Below are positions 11,598-23,420 of a DNA stretch of 64,000 nt, piece by piece. Source of the DNA: Octopus sinensis. Lineage: Eukaryota. A program made the position numbers and the translations under genes. Every line of letters starts with the position of its first letter. The stretch's first letter is position 1. The notes beneath the pieces are model-generated. The model had not been told where the DNA came from and did not search any database. It saw nothing but the letters and a program-made list of their open reading frames with translations. The stretch is from NCBI RefSeq assembly GCF_006345805.1, contig NC_042999.1:66402001-66466000 (forward strand). The letters run 5' to 3'.

Positions 11598-12569
11598 AAA
11601 TATAAACTGTAAATGATAAAAGGTGCATAAGAAATTGTTGAGTAATATCAGTGTTGCAATAGTTATTGTTATTTAGCTGTTGTGTAAAATGCGTCGATGA
11701 AGGTTAGTGAATGATATTCGTTGATTAATTCTTACTCAGCAATAATTATTTAATGGTGTCTGTTGACTTATAACATTTGTGAAACGGTCGTTGTAGTATT
11801 AGTTATTGCAATAAATTGTTGAGTAAAAGTCACATCGTCATGCTTGTTATGAAATGATATTAACATTTTGTAAGTCTATTTTCTCTTTGGCACAACACAG
11901 TATTTGCAAGTAAAGTGGTCGTGTAATCGTTAGTTTAACGGTATTCAAATGTATATTTTCAGTGGTGTTTAACTAAATATAAGAACGAAGAACGAAAAAG
12001 AAAAAAAATACATTATTGAAGCATTGATCTCCGCTTGCAATTTCCTTCCTTTCTGCTTTTTTCCATTTTATTTTTATCGTTTTATTTCGGGTTAAAATAT
12101 AGTTTTGACACGATGCTCAATTCTCATCATTGCCAAATTTATTTTCATATTTCGATATTCTTTAACGCTTTTTTGTTTTTAATTCATTTATTTCCATCTC
12201 TTTTCTAAAGAAACAAATATCAAATGCATGATTAATTCGAGCAGTCAAATTCATTTTATTATTAGCGGAAAACTTACTTCGTTATTATATTTTTATTAAG
12301 AGAAAATTGTATCGAATTTTCTGCTCTTTTTATCAAATAAGTGATAAATCAGCTGAATAGCCACAGGGGACCTGAAAACAAACAACTAGTCAGTTAATAA
12401 AGAATACTATATTATGTTAAAGGTCACATGTAACGAAGTAAGCGAAGAGAGGTGGGTTTGCGACTGGTTATTGTTTTTGAAATGGTTTTCATTCTATACG
12501 TTTCAAATTATTGTTTTGTTCTATTCAGTTACTAATATGTGTGTTTGTGTAAGTGCGTGTGTCTGTGTG

Positions 12570-12570
12570 A

Positions 12571-12629
<59 letters not shown>

Positions 12630-12699
12630 GTTGTTGTTGTTGTTGTTGTTTTGTTATTGTTATCATTATTATTATTATTATTATTATTATATTATTATT

Positions 12700-12752
<53 letters not shown>

Positions 12753-12775
12753 TATTATTGTTATTATTATTATTT
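12570..12775. repeat. Compound (ATT/GTT/CAT)n microsatellite
   Basis: Visible directly in the sequence. Confidence 0.95.
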
Positions 12776-13482
12776 GCTTGATATTGGATGCAGTTTATTT
12801 TAACATATAAGGGTCAACAGAGGTCGTTAAAATCTCTCGATTGCTACTTTCTGATAGTCTAATGTAAAAGCAAATGTCATACGTGCCTTGATCTTTAGCG
12901 AGAAGTTGTCAGTTGACGAACAGGATTTGACAAATAGATCATTCTTTCTGATTACCAGTAGTCTACCATGGACCGTTGTTTATCTTATAGCTTACTGCGG
13001 AGTAGTTGAGGTACGTTTCGTGACAGTTACACACCATTCTGCGTTTATCGTAAATGCTATTGTTGTTGTTGTTGTTGTTGTTATTGTTTCAATTCTGGTT
13101 GTTTCACGCCTTCTATACGAGCAAAACTATGAACACAATAATTGCAGCCAATTTAGCCTTACAAATACAAATACACACAAACAAACAAACTCAGACACAC
13201 ACATACACACACTCACAAACACACACACACAAAAACACACACAATATTCATACACACGCACACATACACACACACATAGATAGAGGTATGATAGGATGAT
13301 ATTTGGATGCTATTTCCACTAGATTATCAACCACTTAGAGCCAGCCTCGCTGCCTTGCGCTCTCTCTTAATGCTAGTTTTAAGTCGGTAATCGTTGATGG
13401 TTTTCACAGAGGATGTGAGAAAAGTATTGATAGCAGTCGTTCATTAGCGGTTCGCAAAACACTCTCACCCATAGAATGAGTA

Positions 13483-13850
13483 TACTCTTTACTCTTTACC
13501 CTTTACTCTTTTACTTGTTTGACTGCGGCCATGCTAGATCACCGCCTTTAGTCGAGCAAATCGACTCGGGACTTATTCTTTTGCCGAACCGCTAAGTTAC
13601 GGGGATATAAACACACCAGCTTTCGGTTGTCCAGCGAGGTTGGGGGACAAACACACACACACACACAAACGTATACACACACATATGCGACTGGTTTCTT
13701 TCAGGTTACGTTTACCAAATCCACTCACAAGGCTTTGGTCGACCCGAGGCGATAGTAGAAGACACCAGCCCAAGCTGCCACGCAGTGGGACTGAACCCGA
13801 AACTATGTGGTTGGTAAGGAAGCTACTTACCACGCAGCCACTCCTGCGCC
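13483..13850 (-). mobile_element. SINE family A, nearly full length
   Basis: Reverse complement aligns with 9150-9566, from the ggcgcaggagtggc head to the (GAGTAAA)n tail, with an internal deletion. Confidence 0.9.
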
Positions 13851-14770
13851 TATGGTCTGTTCATTTCCAGTATAGCTGATCGACATTTGATTGGGTATGC
13901 ACTGTTAACTGTTTCATAGTCTACCTGTTGTTGTCCGTTATTTCATTACTCCGCCATTTGATAATTCCGATGCAACACCTTACTAGTAATGTGGACCTCA
14001 AGCTGATTGCTTGCATTATGTTTCCGCATTTAGTGTGGATAGGTAAAATATTTCTTCTGCGAACATATTCTTGGAAATAGCTTTCTTTTACTTCTATATT
14101 GCAGATTGTGACACTTTCCCGTATTTCAAGACATTCGTGTTTCTTTTATATTTAATGATTTTATATTCACGCCATAAGATAGACCTATTTCAGTATATTT
14201 CTGGGTTTTTTTACCCGTTTCTCCTATATCATTGTGCAATTCTCTATTTACTATTCCATCCCGAGTTCACAACTCAATATTCTTATGGTTTGCACTAGCG
14301 AATGTAATTTATTCTTATGTTTTCCAGAAAATTCCAAATCACACGTAAATAAAAGAGAGAAAGCAAGGACCGCTGCGATGCAGAAACAAGATGGAGAATT
14401 GAATGGTCTCACTGAAAACTTCATCTTTTGATTTGTGTAAACATTAAACCCTCCAAATTTTGGTTCTATGCTCCGACTTATCAGTTTCTTGTAGCATCAA
14501 GGGTGGAACGGATTTGGACATTACAGAGGTTGTAGTTATAGGTTCGCTTTTGTTACTCCATATTTTCAAGTTGCTGTAAATGGAATCAGTTGGAAAAGGG
14601 CTTATCACAGCTAAATCAGTTGTTTTTGGCGTCAAGGGAAACACACACACGCAACACACAAACACACACAGACATACATATGTATACACATATATAGATA
14701 AGCAAGTGTATACATATCTGTATGTATATATATATTTTTCTCTCTCCTTGTTTCTCTCCTTTTTTTCTGT

Positions 14771-14813
14771 GTCCTTTTCTGTAGAAGAGCGTGGGCTCGA
14801 AACGTAAAAATAC
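14771..14813 (+). ncRNA. Degenerate minimal type-I hammerhead-like motif
   Basis: GUCCUUUU-CUGUAGA-A-GAGC(GUGG)GCUC-GAAAC-GU-A-AAAAUAC: stem II, a palindromic loopless stem III (ACGU), a GUA site and a short stem I. The core deviates from CUGANGA. Confidence 0.4.
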
Positions 14814-15190
14814 TTTTTCTACTCCTGAGCGTTATACTAATACATCTGTTTGTTTTGTACACCCTCTGTCTTTGTCTTTTGTTTTCTTCGTAAACTCTCC
14901 CTATATATACATATACATATATGTGTGTGTATATATATGCATACATAGTATATATATGTAAGTGTGTGTATTATAGCGTACGTTTATTTTTAATTTCCAC
15001 GAAACTCATACCTGGATGGCTACCATATTTCCTCAGACACAAAATTTCTTTCTATACACGAAGCTCGCTCTAAATGTTGTCAGCTGACCGTTTCGGCCTA
15101 AGTTCGGTTGTCACATGTGTGTGCATATATATGTGTATATATACATATACAGTTAAATACGCACATACATACTTATATCCATACATATAC

Positions 15191-15223
<33 letters not shown>

Positions 15224-15864
15224 CTACAAGTATTACAGTTCGAACGTTTAAAATTAAAAATGACAGTAACAGCGATATTGAAATTTCTCATTAGATACAT
15301 ATAATTATTTCTGTTATTCCGAATTAAGAAACAATTCACAGGCGCATTGAGTCAATGAGTGAAAAGATTTAATTACAAGCCCATTATGTTACATTAAGTA
15401 ACCTGATATTATGTGTGCTTCTTTGACACACCATTGTAATTATTCCATTTTTACCATTTCGCAATCTGTTAGATTGTGTTTTGCAGTTGAGGTTTCTTTG
15501 TTTTCTCACACATGTTCCCTACATCTCTCATATCCCTACCTTATTTTTCATTGTTTCCCTTATTATCTGAAATAATCTTTAATTGTCGACACGACTGAAT
15601 CGTCAAACAACACAGGGTGAAGAACATCCGACAGAAACTTTGCATCGATTCAGAAATATTTCACATCAAACGCTCACTACATGGGAAGGAAATGAACTCC
15701 TGAACACACACACGCACACACACACACACATACACAAGGAGACACATTCAGACTCACACAGAGACACATATATATCTATGCATATCATTAATATGCATAA
15801 ACATTCAACCTAACTTTATATGTATTTTTGTACAATAATACGTATGTGCATATACATATATATA

Positions 15865-15925
<61 letters not shown>

Positions 15926-15934
15926 TATATATAT

Positions 15935-17333
15935 ACAATGATAAATATCAAAGTGAGTTATATACAGTAGCGGTAACACATCGTGACGTATTTTTGCCAT
16001 TTCAATATGGCTAACCCCTAAGAGTGGATGCTACTGTAGTTTTTAGCCCCAGGAGGACACACTCCTCCAGCTGGCCATAGACACACTTTCTGTGTCCTGT
16101 CAGTATTTGCAAAGGGAAGTCATCCTTCCCGTCTTCAACTTATGATACACACGGACTCGAGTTTCGAGGTATTGACCTCTCGTCAGCGTGTGACAATCAT
16201 AGTTGTCGCCGAGAATTAGACGGGAAGGATGACTTCCCTTTGCAAATACTGACAGGACATGATTGTCACACGCTGACGAGAGGTCAATACCTCGAAACTC
16301 GAGTCCGTGTGTATCATAAGTTGAAGACGGGAAGGATGACTTCCCTTTGCAAATACTGACAGGACACAGAAAGTGTGTCTATGGCCAGCTGGAGGAGTGT
16401 GTCCTCCTGGGGCTAAAAACTACAGTAGCATCAATACATCGAAACTCGAGTCCGTGTGTATCATAAGTTGAAGACGGGAAGGATGACTTCCCTTTGCAAA
16501 TACTGACAGGACACAGAAAGTGTGTCTATGGCCAGCTGGAGGAGTGTGTCCTCCTGGGGCATCCACCCTTAGTAGCATCCACCCTTAGGGGTTAGCCATA
16601 TTGAAATGGCAAAAATACGTCACGATGTGTTACCGCTACTGTATATAACTCACTTTGATATTTATCATTGTTTGATTTCACTTTTTCAATATCAGCGACA
16701 GTGGGCGCTGGAAAAAGTATAAGTATTTGTGAAGGAAATCTAATTCTCGGCGACAACTATGATTGTCACACGCTGACGAGAGGTCAATACATCGAAACTC
16801 GAGTCCGTGTGTATCATAAGTTGAAGACGGGAAGGATGACTTCCCTTTGCAAATACTGACAGGACACAGAAAGTGTGTCTATGGCCAGCTGGAGGAGTGT
16901 GTCCTCCTGGGGCTAAAAACTACAGTAGCATCCACCCTTAGGGGTTAGCCATATTGAAATGGCAAAAATACGTCACGATGTGTTACCGCTACTGTATATA
17001 ACTCACTTTGATATTTATCATTGTTTGATTTCACTTTTTCAATATCAGCGACAGTGGGCGCTGGAAAAAGTATAAGTATTTGTGAAGGAAATCTAATTCT
17101 CGGCGACAACTATGATTGTCACACGCTGACGAGAGGTCAATACATCGAAACTCGAGTCCGTGTGTATCATAAGTTGAAGACGGGAAGGATGACTTCCCTT
17201 TGCAAATACTGACAGGACACAGAAAGTGTGTCTATGGCCAGCTGGAGGAGTGTGTCCTCCTGGGGCTAAAAACTACAGTAGCATCCACCCTTAGGGGTTA
17301 GCCATATTGAAATGGCAAAAATACGTCACGATA
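15935..17333. repeat. Mosaic of tandem and inverted copies of a 353-bp unit
   Basis: Identical direct copies 353 bp apart (ORFs 16668 and 17021), an inverted copy at 15935-16218, and partial restarts at 16221-16560; bounded by (TA)n. Confidence 0.9.
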
Positions 17334-17392
17334 TATTATATATATATATAATATATATATATATATAATATATAATATATATATATCATATA

Positions 17393-19195
17393 TTAAGGGC
17401 TAAAGAGGGTTATTCTAAAGCCAAACACTACTGTTTTATCCACTTATAATCCGCTTGTTACAGGAAAATTGAAACTGAAAACGGGCAACTAACCTTTAGA
17501 AAATTTAAATTTCGTTATCTCTATATTGATCAATTTCGGACTTAATCTTATAAAAAAAGATATTTCCTTCTTCAGTAGAAATTTCGATGGGATATAAATA
17601 AAATACTCACGTATGATCATGGAAAAAGCACAAGCTAAAAACATAACTACACTTGAGTACATCATTTATATCTAAAAATAAAAATTCTTTGGTCAGCCTC
17701 AGAAAACAACGTCCAGACCTTTCGCCGCTACAATTGTAATGGTTACCAGTCCTCCTGTAGCAAGCATCGAGTTTACTACTAAGCAATATAGGATGAATCC
17801 CTCTCTACTACAGCAAAGGAATTCATCAGGAAGCGTGGGCAGTATATTTAAAAAAACCGTTACGGTTGCAATATACATCATATAATTAAGGGCTAAGAGG
17901 TTATTCTAAAGCCAAATACACTGTTTTATCCGCTTGTTACAGGAAAATTGAAACTGAAAACGGGCAACTAACCTTTAGAAAATTTAAATTTCGTTATCTC
18001 TATATTGAATCAATTTCGGACTTATCTTATAAAAAAAGATATATTCCTACTTCAGTAGAAATTTCGATGGGATATAATAAAATACTCACGTATGATCATG
18101 GAAAAAGCACAAGCTAAAAACATAACTACACTTGAGTACATCATTTATATCTAAAAATAAAATTTAAAAATTCTTTGGTCAGCCTCAGAAAACAACGTAC
18201 AGACCTTTCGCCGCTACAATTGTAATGGTTACCAGTCCTCCTGTAGCAAGCATCGAGTTTACTACTAAGCAATATAGGATGAAGTCCCTTACTCTACAGC
18301 AAAGGAATTCATCAAGCGTGCAGCAGTATATTTAAAAAAACCGTTACGGTTGCAATATACATCATATAATTAAGGGCTAAAGAGGGTTATTCTAAAGCCA
18401 ATACACTGTTTTATCCACTTATAATCCGCTTGTTACAGGAAAATTGAAACTGAAAACGGGCAACTAACCTTTAGAAAATTTAAATTTCGTATCTCTATAT
18501 TGAATCAATTTCGGACTTAATCTTATAAAAAAAGATATATTCCTTCTTCAGTAGAAATTTCGATGGGATATAAATAAAATACTCACGTATGATCATGAAA
18601 AAGCACAAGCTAAAACATAACTACACTTGAGTACATCATTATATCTAAAAATAAAAATTCTTGGTCAGCCTCAGAAAACAACGTCCAGACCTTTCGCCGC
18701 TACAATTGTAATGGTTACCAGTCCTCCTGTAGCAAGCATCGAGTTTACTACTAAGCAATATAGGATGAAGTCCCTTACTCTACAGCAAAGGAATTCATCA
18801 GGAAGCGTGGGCAGTATATTAAAAAAACCGTTACGGTTGCAATATACATCATATAATTAAGGGCTAAAGAGTTATTCTAAAGCCAAATACACTATTATAT
18901 CCCATCGAAATTTCTACTGAAGAAGGAATATATCTTTTTTTTATAAGATTAAGTCCGAAATTGATTCAATATAGAGATAACGAAATTAAATTTTCTAAAG
19001 GTTAGTTGCCCGTTTTCAGTTCAATTTTCCTGTAACAAGCGGATTATAAGTGGATAAAACAGTGTATTTGGCTTTAGAATAACCCTCTTTAGCCCTTAAT
19101 TATATGATGTATATTGCAACCGTAACGGTTTTAAATATACTGCCCACGCTTCCTGATGAATTCCTTTGCTGTAGAGTAAGGGACTTCATCCTATA
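17393..19195. repeat. Tandem array of a ~490-bp unit ending in an inverted partial copy
   Basis: Unit starts (TTAAGGGCTAA) at 17393, 17886, 18370 and 18857. An inverted segment at ~18894-19195 spans the unit junction. Flanked by (TA)n. Confidence 0.9.
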
Positions 19196-20283
19196 TATAT
19201 ATATATATATATATATGATGTATATATCTATATCTATTATATCTATCTATCTTCCTCTATACATAAGAAAAATATTAAGATGGACACAAATATATATGTG
19301 TGTGTGTGTGCGTGTGTATATGTGTGTGTATATACCTACATACATACACAAAATCATTCATACAGACATGCATACCAATAGGTAATTGTGATCCAGGGAT
19401 CAAAGTATAGGAAGCTAATAAACTTCAAGCAGTTAGTTGACTCGTATAGAGGACAAAATATGAGTAATATATTTTTAACATATTTATTAACATCGTAACT
19501 TCTCCCATATGAATGCTGGATGGAATTTCGGTAAACCGATTGTCTCCATACAATTCACAGTTCAGCAACTGACAATGCTATGAATTTAAATAAAAATTCT
19601 CAAAATTAAGGGTGCAAAGGGTAGCCGCAGACTACAATTGTTTCATAACTAGATGTAGTTAAGTGAATCTTTAGGAACGAAGAAAACTCAGCTTAGCTAA
19701 TCTTCAGGTCGTTGTTAGCTCAACGAAGTTTACATTGTCCCAGAAAGTAAACAAATAACTCAGTAAGGTAGTTCTCGAGAAAACGATCAGTTAAAAAAAA
19801 GAAAAATTAGAATCAAATTGCCGATGAAAATGATAATAAAAGTGAAGTACGCATAAAATCGAAATAAAGTGGATGCGGTTAAGGAGTCATTAAGTAGAAA
19901 GAAAAAGAATACTACCTGCTGGGGAAAGAGAGGAGGTAAGTAGAAAAGCAATGAAGATCTTTAACCGAAAGATGACAAAAAGTTTCTTGGGAGCAGACAG
20001 CGTAGGTTCAGATGACTTTTATGTTAGATGAATTATTGGAACAAACTGATAGCAGGGCAAATGTCATCGAGTTATATAAGCCACGACGTAGGTCACGTTA
20101 GAACAAAGAAGATAGGTATACAAGTGCACAAACACATACAGAGACACGCATACACACCCATATGCACACAGACACACAAACACAAACACTGACACATGAT
20201 AAACATAGATATCTCTTTCTAGATATAAATATACACACATATCCATTCATATACATATTCTTAGACCTATATATAAACATACG

Positions 20284-20332
<49 letters not shown>

Positions 20333-20450
20333 GCATATATTTATATATTTTTATATTATATTATATATATATATACATACATACACCTACATACGCATAC
20401 ATCCATATATAAGACATATACACATGTACATACGTACACACTTGTATGTA

Positions 20451-20508
<58 letters not shown>

Positions 20509-21534
20509 TTTTGTATGTATGTATGTATGTATGCTTGTGTGTATGTATGTTCTTTCAGTTTCGCAAGCCAAGCAGAAAATTAATTTTATTGAGTGTAACT
20601 CGCCAGTTTGAATATGAAGATTAGGTCATTACGAAATTTGTCTAAAGCGAAGATGTAAATTGTAACGTAATCATACTTAACAGTTTCATCACTTACCATC
20701 GTTGTAAACATTGCCATTATTATCGTATCTAATACAATTATCATCAACACATTACAACGTTATAGTAATTGTACTCATCATCCTGTTCATCATTAACACG
20801 ATCAATTCTCTATCTGCGCTAAAACAATTGAACTTGCTTAGCTGTCACTCGTACATGAATACGTCCGAGTATCTTGTACTATGTCTTCACTAACTGTTTT
20901 CATTCGCCTATATAGTCGGAAGCAGATTTTGGCATACACTTTTTCCACCATTAGTCCCAGAAAACAACGAAGATTCGATAACTGGAAGAGGAATAAAGTT
21001 AACGTTTCTGATTTTAAGAATATAAACGAGAGTCAGTAAATTAACTAGTTTCTAAGGAGTTGAGAACAATTGAAACATGCAACTGAGAGATGCTCGAATT
21101 TGAAGAGGAGAAAGTATACCAAAACAACATAATTTAGTGAAAGAAGGAAAGCGCATGAAGAAGGTCTGTCATATTGATAGTTCATGATAAAAAAAAATAT
21201 GAATAATAACATCATCGATACAACAACCCTTAGATTACAAGATACCATTTCAAGAGAAAGATTGCTACATTGGATTGCACACACACACACACACGCATAC
21301 ACACACGCAAAAACAATCACACACACACACGCAATTACGCATACATATATGTACGTTAATGTATTGTTATTGTTGTTGTTATTATTATTATTATATGTTT
21401 GACTTTTGCTTTGTATTTGTACATGTTGACTCCAAGTCTTACCCAGAAACCTCAAGAGACAAGTTAGAAGTTCAAGTTGGTGTTATGCCTAGGGTGTTAC
21501 ATATTTGGTTTTGCGCAAAGTATTCTTTTAGAGA

Positions 21535-21790
21535 ATGATTATTATGTGTGGGGCGCAACTGAGCGAGAGACCAACAAAACTCCTTGTAACACCAAGGATG
21601 AACTGAAGGCAAGGATTATGGCAGCATTCATCAACTTATACAAGGAGACCGTCCAGAAGAATTGCAAGAAATTCCGAAGTCGTTTGGAGGTCGTGGTTGA
21701 AGCCAGTGGTGATGTGATTCTATTGAATAAATTTACTCTTTAGGATTTCAAAATATTTTTATGTAATTTTGGTAAATATATCTGTTAAAA
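21535..21790 (+). mobile_element. Tc1/mariner (maT-like) transposase C-terminal fragment
   Basis: DYYVWGATERETNKTPCNTKDELKARIMAAF...CKKFRSRLEVVVEASGD matches the DYxVWG...C..FR.RLE.V.EA.G C-terminus. Confidence 0.8.
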
Positions 21791-22314
21791 CGAGTTGGGC
21801 TACAGCAAATGTTCTGCTCCATACCACAGATTTGCTTGTCAGTCGCTTCACCTTCACTGGTTGAGCATGCCCCTTAGTGGAACAGTAATTGAACAGGTAA
21901 TGTTGTTAATGATTGCCTGGGAAATAAATACGTCCTAAGCAATATACCAGTGCTAGTGAACCATTATTTATCTCTAAAACAAACTACCCAAACATTGAGA
22001 TGTGTAACAGATATACTTTGAATGTGGGTTTTGAAAACAGAAATAAGTCCTGAAATTATACTTGCGATGGGAATGGTAAAAGAAAACATGCAGATAGGTA
22101 AGAACACATAAATAGCCAAAATTCCAGGACTAGTTTGGGAGCATAACGAATAAAATGTAGCAGCGCTGCTAATTACCGATGAGGTTTTACGTAGCGAACT
22201 TCAGATGCAGTAAAATAGCAAAATTTGATTCAAACATTTGCGCAGACCCAAGGCACACAGAGCTGCCCTCGATAATGTACAGAAAACACGCAATAAAAGG
22301 TATGGCAAGTGAAC

Positions 22315-22344
22315 AACAATAATAATAATGCTAATATTATTATT

Positions 22345-22396
<52 letters not shown>

Positions 22397-22535
22397 GTAA
22401 TAATAATAGTAATAGTAATAGTAATAGTAATATAACAATAATAATAATAATAATATTAATATTAATAATAATAATATTAATGATGATGATGAAGATGATG
22501 ATAATGATAATAATAATGATAATGATAATAATAAT
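22315..22535. repeat. Compound (AAT/AGT/GAT)n microsatellite
   Basis: Visible directly in the sequence. Confidence 0.95.
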
Positions 22536-23129
22536 GTATTGGACGTGAAATATTAATGTCAGATACATGTATTCCCAGCAAAGAAATATCCCAGGAATAT
22601 ATTTATGTTCTGTGAATAAAGAAATAATAACCGACAACAAACAAATTAACTTGCTTCTTTAAGGGAATATCACAACTGATGGGATGGCAAGTAACATCTA
22701 TAAACCATAAAATTGTGTGAATTCATTAATCTTGACAAGTGAAATTAATTGAATTTCTCAGAAAATATCATTTAATGCTGAAAATACAGAAACATTATCC
22801 TTTACATAGAAAGGGGAAAAAAAGAAGGCAAGCCGAAGTATTGAGCGAACCACTTAATGTTTGCGCGACCTGCTACATGTAACAGCCATTCGGTTAAAGC
22901 CTGCCATTTCGAAAAACAGAACGATACCTTGGATAACAGAGAGAGGGAGAGAGGGAGACAGAGAGAGGAGAAGAGAGATTGAGAGAGAGAGAGAGAAACA
23001 CACGTGCGTGTATATATAAATATATTTTTGTATGTGTATATACATATGGATACATGTATATATTTACATACATACATACATAAGCACATATATATATGTA
23101 TGTAAGTATGTATGTATATGTATATAACC

Positions 23130-23207
<78 letters not shown>

Positions 23208-23368
23208 GGGAGAAACGGAAGCAAGAGTGATTCAACACATTTAGTAGACGTTACATATATTATTATTTAAAACAGTTTGCTTGGCCACTATGCGACTTAA
23301 AGTTTTTTAACATCCTTCCACAGACCTAGCTCGTCGTGCGAAGGTAGCCGAATCCTGTAATCGATTCC

Positions 23369-23420
23369 ATAAGGAATTACAACCGTGTTTCGTGGTCTGC
23401 TACCACATCAGCTCCTTTAT
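23369..23420 (-). ncRNA. Degenerate type-I hammerhead-like motif
   Basis: AUAAAGGAG-CUGAU-GUGGU(AGCAG)ACCAC-GAAAC-A(CGGU)U-GUA-A-UUCCUUAU: all three stems can form, but G8-A9 are missing and there is one extra A after the cleavage triplet. Confidence 0.4.

Noticed and set aside
14480-14620. Acceptor-like tttcttgtag followed by HQGWNGFGHYRGCSYRFAFVTPYFQVAVNGISWKRAYHS*
   Set aside because: Short, no recognisable family, and an alternative frame is equally open; cannot be supported without RNA data.
15935-19195. Regular repeats as a possible CRISPR-like or spacer array
   Set aside because: Units are long and near-identical with no variable spacers; eukaryotic context.
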